A DNA stretch of 34,141 bases from a virus (taxonomy: Duplodnaviria > Caudoviricetes): positions 1-34,141 of IMG/VR virus record IMGVR_UViG_3300017553_000344. The stretch is one strand, 5' to 3'. Below are positions 7,807-16,367 of the stretch, in pieces. The position numbers and the translations under genes were made by a program. Below the pieces are notes generated by a model. It worked only from the letters and a program-made list of their open reading frames with translations, was not told the DNA's origin and did no database searches. Positions within the stretch are counted from its first letter, which is position 1. The number at the start of each line of letters is the position of its first letter.

Positions 7807-9702
7807 ATGGGAACAGTGACGCGCCTTTTCGACGGCCTCGCCAATGTGCTGACTGGTCGCGGCACGTCAGTTGACCGATCAGCGCATAATTTCTGGCATC
7901 GCCGCTTCACCGATCCCTCGCAGATCGAGGCAGCCTATCTCGGATCGTGGCTCCACAGGAAGATCGTTGACATCCCCGCCCAAGACATGGTGCGCGCCGG
8001 TCGCGATTGGGACGCGGAAGATGACCAGATCGCCGCGATCGAGAAAGAGGAAAAGCGCCTCGGCTATTGGGCCAAGCTCTATGAGGCGCTGACACTTGGC
8101 CGCTTGGGGGGCGGCGCCATCCTCATCGGCTTGGGCGACGATCCGACGCAACCGCTGCCCTCAAAAATTGGCGCAGGTGCTATCCGCTACCTGTCTGTGC
8201 TCTCTCGCTGGCAGTTGTCCATTGGCGAGATGGAGCAGGACCCGGAGGCCGATAATTTCGGCCAGCCGAAGTATTTCCGGCTTTCGGGGGCCGCGCGGAG
8301 CGTCAATATCCATCCGTCCCGCGTCGTCTGCTTCAAGGGTCTCCCCGTTCCCGCTATTCGTACCGCAAATTGGGAGGACCAATTCTGGGGCATGTCCGTA
8401 GTCGAGGCGGTGGATGAAGTCGTGCAGCAGGCGACGACCGCCTGCGCGGGGTTCTCCTCCCTGATCGATGAAGCGAAGATCGACGTGTTTCGCTTCGACA
8501 AGATGGCGGAGACGCTGGCTCTGTCGGGTGGCGATGAGAAGATCATCAAGCGCGTCGAGCTGACCAACACCGGCAAGAGCATCCACCGCGCCGTTATCCT
8601 CGACAAAGAGGATGAATGGGAGCAGCGCCAGTTATCGCTGACCGGCGTGCGCGATGTCATCATCACCTATGACGCGCGCGTCGCTGGTGCGGCCGATATC
8701 CCCGCCACCCGTCTGTTCGGCAAATCGCCGGATGGTCAGAACAGCACCGGGGAAAGCGACCTCGCCAATTATTTTCAGTCCATCGGCGCCAAGCAGGACA
8801 TGCAGCTACGCCCGGCGATGGAGCAGCTGGACGGCGTGATGCTGCCATCTGCTGGCGTCCCGGCTGATCTGTCGTGGACGTTCTCCACGCTGATGGTGCT
8901 GACAGAGGCACAGCAGGCTGACATTGAGCTGAAAGAATCGCAGGCGCTCGAAAAATATGTGGGCATGGCTGTGGTTCCTGAAAGCGCGATCGCCAAGACG
9001 ATCCAGAACCGCATGATCGAGAGCGGACGCTGGCCGGGCCTCAAGAAGTTGATCGAAGAGGCCGAGGCTGCTGGCGAAGATTTAGGCGGCGATGAGGCCG
9101 ACCTTGATATTGTTCCCGTCAACAACAGTGAAGGAGGTGATCCGAATCTAGCCGGTGAAGGCGGGCAGCCCGGAAGTGTCTCGCCCGCCCGCCGTGCTGC
9201 AAATGATGCGGCCTCATGGATGCAGGACGCCACTCCGCGCCCGCTTTATGTGCAGCGCAAACTCATGAACACCGCTGACCTGATTGCGTGGGCGAAAGAT
9301 AGCGGGTTCACTTCCATCCTGACAGCCGACGATATGCATGTGACGGTGCTTTATTCCCGCGCGCAAGTAGATCCGATGAAGATGGGCCGCGATTGGAGCG
9401 AGAACGAGAAAGGCCAGATTGTCGTGCGCCCCGGTGGCCCGCGCGTCATCGAGAAGTTGGGCGAAAACGCTGTCGTGCTGCGGTTCGCCTCGCCTGATCT
9501 GGAATGGCGGCACAAGCATATGGTTGAGGCTGGCGGCTCGCATGACTGGCCTGATTATGCGCCACATGTGATCATCAGTTACACCGCGCCGGAAGGCGTT
9601 GATCTGGACGCGCTCAAGCCGTTCAACGGCGAACTGCGGTTCGGACCTGAGATTTTCGGGCCGCTTGATCTCGATTGGAAGTCAAAGATCGCGGAGGCCT
9701 GA
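7807..9702 (+). CDS. Portal protein (DUF1073 type) fused to a C-terminal Acb1-like 2H phosphoesterase
   Basis: Portal motifs (KIVDIPA.D, RLGGGAI, IHPSR, AGAADIPATRLFGKSP.G.NSTGESD.NY), an acidic linker, then LY...HVTVLYS...H......G.SHDWPDY.PHVIISY...E domain at about 9229-9702. Start re-called at 7807. Confidence 0.85.
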   Translation: MGTVTRLFDGLANVLTGRGTSVDRSAHNFWHRRFTDPSQIEAAYLGSWLHRKIVDIPAQDMVRAGRDWDAEDDQIAAIEKEEKRLGYWAKLYEALTLGRLGGGAILIGLGDDPTQPLPSKIGAGAIRYLSVLSRWQLSIGEMEQDPEADNFGQPKYFRLSGAARSVNIHPSRVVCFKGLPVPAIRTANWEDQFWGMSVVEAVDEVVQQATTACAGFSSLIDEAKIDVFRFDKMAETLALSGGDEKIIKRVELTNTGKSIHRAVILDKEDEWEQRQLSLTGVRDVIITYDARVAGAADIPATRLFGKSPDGQNSTGESDLANYFQSIGAKQDMQLRPAMEQLDGVMLPSAGVPADLSWTFSTLMVLTEAQQADIELKESQALEKYVGMAVVPESAIAKTIQNRMIESGRWPGLKKLIEEAEAAGEDLGGDEADLDIVPVNNSEGGDPNLAGEGGQPGSVSPARRAANDAASWMQDATPRPLYVQRKLMNTADLIAWAKDSGFTSILTADDMHVTVLYSRAQVDPMKMGRDWSENEKGQIVVRPGGPRVIEKLGENAVVLRFASPDLEWRHKHMVEAGGSHDWPDYAPHVIISYTAPEGVDLDALKPFNGELRFGPEIFGPLDLDWKSKIAEA

Positions 9703-9704
9703 CT

Positions 9705-10556
9705 GTGGCCGCTTTCAGCCTCCCGCAAATGGCCCGCCGCGCTGGCAAGCGTCGCGATATCACCTTGCGCCCCATCATCCCGACGCAGGCCGCCGCAACC
9801 GATCTCGCCCAGATCATGGCCCCCGCGTGGCAAATCTGGCAACAGAGCATCGATACCATCCTCGCTGGCTATGATCCGCAGCCCCTCCCCACGTCCGATG
9901 CTCTAACCCTCGACGCCGCCGATCAGGTCCAGTCCGCCATCAACAGCGTAGCGAACGAGTTCCTGACCATCCTGACAGCGAGGATCACACCGGCGTTGCA
10001 GCGCTGGGCGGTGCAGGCTGAACGGGTGCATCGGTCGAAATGGGTTGCTGCGGTCAAAGCTGGCGTCGGCTTAGATATCGACATGATGCTGAGCGCTGGC
10101 GAGGTGCAGGAGACGCTATCCTCATGGCTGGCGCGCAATGTGGCTCTCGTACGCAATGTGAGCGATCAGGCGCAGGGCCGCATCGCAGACGCCGTTTTCC
10201 GGGGATATGAACGCCGCGCTCCGGTGCGCGAGGTGGCGAAGGAAATACGCGAGGCAACGGGGATGGGCCGTGATCGGGCCGTCAGAATCGCCGCCGACCA
10301 GAACAGCAAGCTATCCGCCCAACTCGACCGCGAGCGGCAGGCAGAGGCCGGGCTGACGCAATTCAAATGGCGTCATAGCGGCAAGCTGCATCCGCGATCG
10401 TGGCATAAAGCGCGCGACGGCAAGGTATATGACCTGCGCAGCGGGAAGCCTCGCGATGGCGGCGAGGCTATCCCTGCCGATGACCGCGCAGGCATGGCGC
10501 CTTGGTGCGGGTGTCGCGAGCAGGCTTATATCGCACTGCTGGACGAGGTGGATTAG
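9705..10556 (+). CDS. Head morphogenesis / minor head protein (Mu gpF / SPP1 gp7-like)
   Basis: RA.RIA.DQ.SKL, FKWRHS, R.WH.ARDG, G....CGC motifs. Confidence 0.85.
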   Translation: MAAFSLPQMARRAGKRRDITLRPIIPTQAAATDLAQIMAPAWQIWQQSIDTILAGYDPQPLPTSDALTLDAADQVQSAINSVANEFLTILTARITPALQRWAVQAERVHRSKWVAAVKAGVGLDIDMMLSAGEVQETLSSWLARNVALVRNVSDQAQGRIADAVFRGYERRAPVREVAKEIREATGMGRDRAVRIAADQNSKLSAQLDRERQAEAGLTQFKWRHSGKLHPRSWHKARDGKVYDLRSGKPRDGGEAIPADDRAGMAPWCGCREQAYIALLDEVD

Positions 10557-10984
10557 CCTTGGTCCCAAAGGTACATGGGCGCGTGTGCATATATTTTGTC
10601 GCACTCAGGGCAAACGACCCCACCGCCCTGAACTCGGTCGACCGTGGTGACGAGTAAACCGTCGATTTCATCGCACCGGATGCAATAGGGAGAACCTTGC
10701 GGCTCACCTGGCCTGGCTGAAGATGGTCTGAAGCGCATCCCGCGCACTGTCACGCATTCAGCGCGCGCATGGTTCGCGGCTATAAGCGCGGCTATGCGGG
10801 ATTCCTTTTCGCCCAACTCCTGCCGAGCGTCCTGTAAAGCGGCCTTTGCGTCGAGCAACTTATCCATAAGATCGGATATCTCGGCCTTGAGCGACACCGC
10901 GTCATAGGTCCGCTCCACCGAGCGTAGCGCCTTGGCGATATCGATTGCCTGCGTAGCCGCCACTATGCCCGCCATTATGTCCAT
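10553..10984 (-). CDS. Accessory coiled-coil plus Zn-ribbon protein (moron)
   Basis: GGAGGG RBS before ATG 10984; heptad region, then PYCIRC...CPEC; antisense within the head module. Confidence 0.7.
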   Translation of the reverse strand: MDIMAGIVAATQAIDIAKALRSVERTYDAVSLKAEISDLMDKLLDAKAALQDARQELGEKESRIAALIAANHARAECVTVRGMRFRPSSARPGEPQGSPYCIRCDEIDGLLVTTVDRVQGGGVVCPECDKIYAHAPMYLWDQG

Positions 10985-11025
10985 AATCCCTCCCCGATTC
11001 GAGGGTGAGAATATAGCCGCGCTGG

Positions 11026-11068
11026 CGTCCGTAGCGACCATTTCCTGCCATGAGGCAAACAAGCACCC
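11026..11068 (+). promoter_or_regulatory. Putative late promoter, copy 2
   Basis: CGTCCGTAG starts 43 nt before ATG 11069; no SD. Confidence 0.6.
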
Positions 11069-12196
11069 ATGGTGCAACTCTTCGACACCCTTGACGCATC
11101 CACGACCGCCCGCATTTGCGCGGACGGTTGCCTTGTCGCAGATGTTCGCGCCGCTCGTGTCGGCATCCAGACCTATCTCCCGTCAGAGGCCGGCGCGCCT
11201 GATAGCTTCACCGGCGATATGGTGCGCGTATACCGGCCTGAGGATGAGGTTTTCAGCCGGGACAGCATGGCGTCGTTCGCCGCTGCGCCCTTCACGATCG
11301 ACCACCCTGTCCAGTCCGTAACCGCCGACAACTGGCGCCAGCTTGGCGTTGGCGAGGTGAATGGCGATGTCGTGCGCGATGGAGGTTTCGTCCGCGTCCC
11401 GGTGATCGTGCGCGATGCTGCATCGGTCGAGAAGGTCCGCACCACTCATAAACAGCTTTCGATGGGCTACTCCTGCACGCTCGACTGGACGCCTGGCACC
11501 ACGCCGGATGGGCAGGCCTATGACGCCGTCCAGCGCAATATCCGCATCAACCATATCGCCGCAGTTCGCGCCGCACGGGGCGGAGCCGAACTCAAGATCA
11601 GCGACGAACGCCCGCCCCTTTCGGAGAAGCTTAAAATGAAGATCACGATTGGCGACGCCAAAGACGTTGACCTGAGCGACGGCGCGGCTGTCGCTCTCGC
11701 GGTCGGCGCTCTCAATACCTCTCTTTCGGATGCGCAGGCAAAGGTCGGTTCACTGACCGCCGAACTCGCGACCACCAACACCGCCTTGCAGGCGAAGGAT
11801 GGCGAGATTGCCGCCCTGACCCAGAAACTCAAGGACGCGGAAGTCACCCCGGCCAAGCTCCAGCAGCTTGCCGACGCCCGCGCGGACGTGATTGCCAAGG
11901 CGAAGTTGCTCGCCCCGAGCATCGTGACGGACGGCAAGACCGATGCGGACATTCGCAAGGAGGCGGTCATCGCCAAGCTGGGCGATAGCGCGAAGGACAT
12001 GGCGGACGCTGCGATTGAGGGCGCTTTCATCGCCTTCACGAAGAACGCCAAGGCCGCCGATCCCCTGCGCGAGACGCTGCGGGATGGGGTGCAGCATGTG
12101 GCGGATGCCGAAGCGCACTTTGCAGACACCCAACGCAAGTTGAGCGACCAGCGCCGCAATGCCTGGAAGACCCCCGCCACCTCTGTGGCGGCGTAA
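11069..12196 (+). CDS. DUF2213 prohead protease / scaffold protein
   Basis: AR.GIQ.Y, VYRP..EVF, P.T.DHP, QLSMGY, YDAVQRNIRINHIAAV..ARGG; helical C-terminal scaffold. Confidence 0.9.
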   Translation: MVQLFDTLDASTTARICADGCLVADVRAARVGIQTYLPSEAGAPDSFTGDMVRVYRPEDEVFSRDSMASFAAAPFTIDHPVQSVTADNWRQLGVGEVNGDVVRDGGFVRVPVIVRDAASVEKVRTTHKQLSMGYSCTLDWTPGTTPDGQAYDAVQRNIRINHIAAVRAARGGAELKISDERPPLSEKLKMKITIGDAKDVDLSDGAAVALAVGALNTSLSDAQAKVGSLTAELATTNTALQAKDGEIAALTQKLKDAEVTPAKLQQLADARADVIAKAKLLAPSIVTDGKTDADIRKEAVIAKLGDSAKDMADAAIEGAFIAFTKNAKAADPLRETLRDGVQHVADAEAHFADTQRKLSDQRRNAWKTPATSVAA

Positions 12197-12208
12197 GGAG
12201 GGCGCATT

Positions 12209-12682
12209 ATGGCTATCACGATTCAGACGAATTATGCCGAGGACTATGCCAAGGGTTATCCCGGCATGGTTGCCAATGGCGAGACCTCTAATCGCATCAG
12301 TCGCACTGTGGAAACTGCCGCAGGCGCAGCCTTTGGTGCCCCGCTTTATCGCGGCGCGGGGGATCACGGCTGCGTCACCACGGTCGGCACGCTAGCCACC
12401 TTTCTGGGTTGGGCTATCGCGGATCGCGGCATCGTCCCGGCTACCATCTCAGGTGCGGTCGATACTTACCCCCAATATTCGACCGCTGGGATTCTGACTG
12501 GTGGCGCTATCTATGTGAACGTGACCGGCGCTGTCGCAGATGGCGCGGCGATCACGGTCGGCACTGGAGCGGGCGCCGCCGATGCCATCGGCTCGACTGC
12601 CGCTGACGCAACCCACATCGCAACCGGCTGGGTGGCCGATGAAACTGTCACGAACGGCGTCTGCCGCATCGTGAAGCGCTAA
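12209..12682 (+). CDS. Capsid decoration / cement protein
   Basis: Between scaffold and MCP; G.PG, FG, ILT.GAIYV pattern; strong RBS. Confidence 0.75.
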   Translation: MAITIQTNYAEDYAKGYPGMVANGETSNRISRTVETAAGAAFGAPLYRGAGDHGCVTTVGTLATFLGWAIADRGIVPATISGAVDTYPQYSTAGILTGGAIYVNVTGAVADGAAITVGTGAGAADAIGSTAADATHIATGWVADETVTNGVCRIVKR

Positions 12683-12695
12683 GGAGAATATCTCA

Positions 12696-13625
12696 ATGAG
12701 TGGTCAGATTTTCACCGACGCGCAGCAGGCAATTGGTTTCGCCCGCCCCGCGCTCTACCGCACGCATAACACTGTTTTCGAAGAGAAGTATCCGGCATTC
12801 GATTATGCCACCTATATCCCGACTAACGAGGACGGCGATATGTGGGATGTCGGCACGGTCGTCACCTCCCTGAACGGCCCCGCCGGCCGCGCCGAATATC
12901 TTTCCGGCAAGGGCTTCGACATCCCCAACGTGTCGGCCCAGATGTCGCAGGGCGTCAGCAACTTCTATCTGGCCGGTTGCGGCTATGAACTGAGTTTGCA
13001 GGAGGTCAACCGCGCTTCTCGTATGGGGGTTGACATCGGCACCCGCGATGCATCGGATGCTCGCAAAATCGCCGAAAAGTTCATCTATGATCGCTTCATG
13101 ACCGGTTCGACGGAGAAGAATTTCACTGGCCTTCTGAACAATGCCACCGTGCCGCAGGCGAGCGTGCCTGTGGGCGACTGGGACACCGCGACGCCCGATG
13201 AAATGGTGACGGACGTCGATACTGCTTTGGTTGACGTTTATACCAACACGAAGGAAACCGAACTGGCCGACACGCTGCTGCTGCCGACCAGCAAGTTCCT
13301 GAAGGCAAACCGCACGAAGATGACTGAATTCGGCGGGACTGTTCTCAAATATCTGATGGAGAACAACGCTTATACGGCCATCACCAAACAGCCGTTGAAC
13401 ATCCTGCCTGCGCGCGAACTGGAGACCGCTGGTTCGGGCGGGACGAAGCGCATTGTCGCCTATGCGCGCAACCCCGGCGTTCTGGAGGCATTCCTGCCCG
13501 GCGCCTTCACTTTCCTGCCGCTTCACCCCCTGTCCTCCATGTCGTGGCGCGTCGATGGGATCATGAATGTCGGTCAGACCGAGATTTATCGCCCCAAGGG
13601 CGTCAGCTACCGGGATGGGATCTGA
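12696..13625 (+). CDS. Major capsid protein (DUF2184 type)
   Basis: Position, size, Y..S.QE, GLLN, DTLLLP and G.G...R..AY motifs. Confidence 0.9.
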   Translation: MSGQIFTDAQQAIGFARPALYRTHNTVFEEKYPAFDYATYIPTNEDGDMWDVGTVVTSLNGPAGRAEYLSGKGFDIPNVSAQMSQGVSNFYLAGCGYELSLQEVNRASRMGVDIGTRDASDARKIAEKFIYDRFMTGSTEKNFTGLLNNATVPQASVPVGDWDTATPDEMVTDVDTALVDVYTNTKETELADTLLLPTSKFLKANRTKMTEFGGTVLKYLMENNAYTAITKQPLNILPARELETAGSGGTKRIVAYARNPGVLEAFLPGAFTFLPLHPLSSMSWRVDGIMNVGQTEIYRPKGVSYRDGI

Positions 13626-13628
13626 ACC

Positions 13629-13913
13629 ATGAAGGAATTCACGAACTACACAGCTGGGCCGCGCGGCATCAACACTGAAGCCGGCACTGTTTGGCTCGAA
13701 CCCGGCCAATCGGTCGAGATCGACGCAAAAACGATCAAGGGGGCTATCCCAGACCTTGGCAAAGCTCCAGCGGCGGCTGACACGAGCGAGATCGATGGCC
13801 TAAAGGATCAGGTTGCCGACCTCACCAAGCAGGTCGAGGCTTTGACGGCTGAAAAGGCCGACCTCACCAAGCAGGTCGAGGCTTTGACGAAGCCCGCTGA
13901 CGCCAAGAAGTAG
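13629..13913 (+). CDS. Small head-associated protein with duplicated coiled-coil
   Basis: N.T.GPRGI....V.LEPGQS, then ADLTKQVEALT twice. Confidence 0.75.
   Translation: MKEFTNYTAGPRGINTEAGTVWLEPGQSVEIDAKTIKGAIPDLGKAPAAADTSEIDGLKDQVADLTKQVEALTAEKADLTKQVEALTKPADAKK
13815..13889 (+). repeat. Perfect 33-bp direct repeat, period 42 bp
   Basis: GCCGACCTCACCAAGCAGGTCGAGGCTTTGACG at 13815-13847 and 13857-13889. Confidence 0.95.
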
Positions 13914-13932
13914 CCCAGTTTCATCGGGGGAT

Positions 13933-13965
13933 GGGCCGCCTCGCACATCGCGGCGGCCCTTTTTT
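13933..13965 (+). terminator. Rho-independent terminator after the capsid genes
   Basis: GGGCCGCC...GGCGGCCC stem followed by T6. Confidence 0.8.
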
Positions 13966-13976
13966 ATGGAGGCCGC

Positions 13977-14237
13977 ATGACCGACAAATTTGCTATCGAC
14001 CGGAACCGCAATCCTTTCCAGTTCGGATCGAAAATTCAGGAATGGGAGCCCGGCACCAATGAGCTTCCGCGCGCGACCCGCGCCGTGATCTTCGACAATG
14101 ACGGAACCTGCGACCTCACCAACGCGGACGATACGACCGTCACCGCTTTCCCGATCGTCGCCCTCGCCTGCCTACCCATCATCCCGAAGAAGATCACGGC
14201 GATGAGCGGCCCGGCCAAGTGCTATCTGGTGATCTGA
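13977..14237 (+). CDS. Head-spike base protein (RcGTA Rcc01079-like)
   Basis: 86 aa MTDKF...LP..TRAV....G.......T...F.......LPI...KI pattern resembling the Rcc01079 family. Confidence 0.5.
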   Translation: MTDKFAIDRNRNPFQFGSKIQEWEPGTNELPRATRAVIFDNDGTCDLTNADDTTVTAFPIVALACLPIIPKKITAMSGPAKCYLVI

Positions 14238-14238
14238 C

Positions 14239-14679
14239 ATGGCCTATACCGCGCCGGACAAGGCAACCTTCATCGCCATTTTTCCAGCCTTCGCGGCGGT
14301 GACGGACGACACCTATGCATTCTGGTCTGGGCAGGCCGTGCTCATCACCAGCCCGCAGGAAGCGTGCCTTGGTGAGCGCATGGATCTCGCCACAATGCTG
14401 GCAACGGCGCACTATCTGGCTGAGGCCGGTATAGGCACGGGCGCTGAAAGCGAGATGGCTGCTCAGGGGGCCTCCGGGTTCAAGCGCATCAAGTCCGGCA
14501 CGATCGAGCTTGAACGCGCTGACAGTACCAGCGCTTCGGACGCTGGCATTTGGGGCACGACTTCTTACGGGCTGCGCCTGTGGCCGATGCTGCGCGCATG
14601 CGTTGCGGGACCGTATGTCACCGGGACCGGCAGTATCCCTTGCTCGGGCGGTTTCTACCGCTCCGGGCCGCTGCGGTGA
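14239..14679 (+). CDS. Head-tail adaptor (DUF4054-like)
   Basis: F...FPAF, L.TAHYL, TTSYG motifs. Confidence 0.8.
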   Translation: MAYTAPDKATFIAIFPAFAAVTDDTYAFWSGQAVLITSPQEACLGERMDLATMLATAHYLAEAGIGTGAESEMAAQGASGFKRIKSGTIELERADSTSASDAGIWGTTSYGLRLWPMLRACVAGPYVTGTGSIPCSGGFYRSGPLR

Positions 14680-14687
14680 GGTGACGC

Positions 14688-15092
14688 ATGGGCCTGCTGT
14701 CTGGCGGTATCGCTTCGATCTTCAGCGCTGCGCTTTCCGGGCTGTATCTGGACGGCCTGCTTCACCGCGACGGAACCGGGCCGATTTATGATCTGGAAGG
14801 CAATATCACCGGCTATGACGGTGGCGCCGATATCCCTATCAAGGTTCAGCGAGACGCCTGCAACTATGCCATGCGCCAGAGTGAAGGCTATGCCGACGGT
14901 GACGTGATGTTGATCGTGCTTGCTGCTGGACTGACCGGGCCGATCACGACCGATCATCAAATCACCGATGGCGACGGCAAGCGGTGGATGGTGGCGAGCG
15001 CCGAACTGGATGCCGCGAACAGTCACTGGATTTGCAGAGGGCGTGCCGCGTCCGTCGCGCAGGGCGATGATCCTGACGAGAGTGCCAGCTGA
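14688..15092 (+). CDS. Head closure / head-tail connector protein
   Basis: Position in the neck cluster; beta-barrel-like D.I.D...W.V....D pattern. Confidence 0.65.
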   Translation: MGLLSGGIASIFSAALSGLYLDGLLHRDGTGPIYDLEGNITGYDGGADIPIKVQRDACNYAMRQSEGYADGDVMLIVLAAGLTGPITTDHQITDGDGKRWMVASAELDAANSHWICRGRAASVAQGDDPDESAS

Positions 15093-15610
15093 TGGTTCGC
15101 ATAACTGGTCAAAAAGCACATGCCGCCCGCTTAAAGCGCATCCGTGGCGCTGCCATGACGCGCGAGGTCGGGAAGGCGATCTATGACGCGGCGGATTTGT
15201 TGACCAAAGAGGCCCAAATTAGCATAACGACGGGCGCGGTTAGCGGGAAAAACCATGTAGCGAGTGATCCTGGCGAAGCGCCGAACAATGATACCGGCCA
15301 CCTTGCGAACAATATCAGATCAATCAAAACCGGACCACTGACTGCTGAAAGCTCATCCGAGGCGGAATACGCGGCTGCGCTTGAAGGCGGATCAGAGCGC
15401 AAGGCAGGCGCGACATCGCGATCGTTCGCAGGGAAGACATCGCCCTATGGCCCGTCAAAGGCGAAGCAGGGTCCGGTCAAGGTCGAGTTTGGGGATTCAA
15501 GCACTGCCGCGAGACCATACATGTCACCTGCGGCTCAGAAAACGCAGCCCAAAGCCCAACGCCTAGTCGCTGCGGCCGTCAAGCGTGTTGTAAATGGAGG
15601 AACGCTATGA
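15092..15610 (+). CDS. HK97 gp10-like neck protein
   Basis: PGEAP.NDTG.L..NI, YA.ALE.G, ARPYM.PA; contains an insertion of about 30 aa. Confidence 0.85.
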   Translation: MVRITGQKAHAARLKRIRGAAMTREVGKAIYDAADLLTKEAQISITTGAVSGKNHVASDPGEAPNNDTGHLANNIRSIKTGPLTAESSSEAEYAAALEGGSERKAGATSRSFAGKTSPYGPSKAKQGPVKVEFGDSSTAARPYMSPAAQKTQPKAQRLVAAAVKRVVNGGTL

Positions 15611-15930
15611 GGGTGATCTTCACCGCCGACTATGACCACCGCTGGCCATCGCGAGCGATAACTGCGTTTAAGGCTGGCTATGAGGGCACGGTAAAGCGCG
15701 AAGTCGGAGAAGTCGCCATCTCCAAAGGGAAAGCGACAGAGATCATCAGCCGTGCTACGCCCACCATTGATGCGAGCAAAGATGATGGACGGGCTGATCG
15801 CTTGGGCAGGCGCAATACTGGATCGCCTGACGTGGGCAGCGCCGGAGGAAATCGAGGCCGATCTGACGGAAACGGCGATGGAGCGAGTGCTGCCGTGCCT
15901 GGCACTGTCAACCCGAGCGATGCTCAATGA
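15607..15930 (+). CDS. Hypothetical protein
   Basis: ATGA-coupled at both ends; N-terminal half protein-like, C-terminal half low complexity. Confidence 0.6.
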   Translation: MRVIFTADYDHRWPSRAITAFKAGYEGTVKREVGEVAISKGKATEIISRATPTIDASKDDGRADRLGRRNTGSPDVGSAGGNRGRSDGNGDGASAAVPGTVNPSDAQ

Positions 15931-16364
15931 CAACGACGACCCTTGACCCTTCGCTATCGGTGCGCGGCAAGATTATTTCTGCGTTGAAAGCTGACGCTCA
16001 GTTAACCGCCATCGTCCCGGCAGCGCGCATCTATCCGGGCAAGACGCCTGCGACTTTAGTGTTCCCCTTCATCCGCGTGCCGATGCTGACCGGCACTGTG
16101 GCCGAACTGGACGGCGGCGGCGGCTCGGATCAATCCGGCGTGATCCATTGCTTCACTAAGCTGGCGACCGCCGTTCCCGACCCCGAAGCCCAAGCCGCTA
16201 CTATCAACGCGCATATCGTCCGCATCGTGAGCGGTATCGACGCCGTTGCTCTGGGTGATGGGGAAGCGCTTGGCGTTCACGCTGTGCAGACGCAGGTGAT
16301 CGAGGACAGCGCCGAAGCCGATGCTTATCACGGACTGACCACGATCCGCGCGACCGCCACCTAG
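15927..16364 (+). CDS. Tail terminator (DUF3168-like)
   Basis: ALKAD..L..IV...RIY...P....FPFI...HG motifs; directly before the tail tube. Confidence 0.8.
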   Translation: MTTTTLDPSLSVRGKIISALKADAQLTAIVPAARIYPGKTPATLVFPFIRVPMLTGTVAELDGGGGSDQSGVIHCFTKLATAVPDPEAQAATINAHIVRIVSGIDAVALGDGEALGVHAVQTQVIEDSAEADAYHGLTTIRATAT

Positions 16365-16367
16365 CGC

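Noticed and set aside
8394-11322. Partial GTCCGTA matches within portal (about 8394) and protease (about 11314) genes
   Set aside because: They lack the leading C and the downstream -10/ATG geometry.
11518-13709. Long antisense ORFs over head genes (11518-12219, 11750-12367, 12693-13709) and similar shadows elsewhere
   Set aside because: Expected shadows of GC-rich coding strands; no RBS or recognisable motifs.
13815-13889. 33-bp direct repeat as a CRISPR, att site or DGR repeat
   Set aside because: Only two copies, in frame, with a 42-bp (two-heptad) period; this is a coiled-coil duplication. No cas, integrase or reverse transcriptase gene is present.
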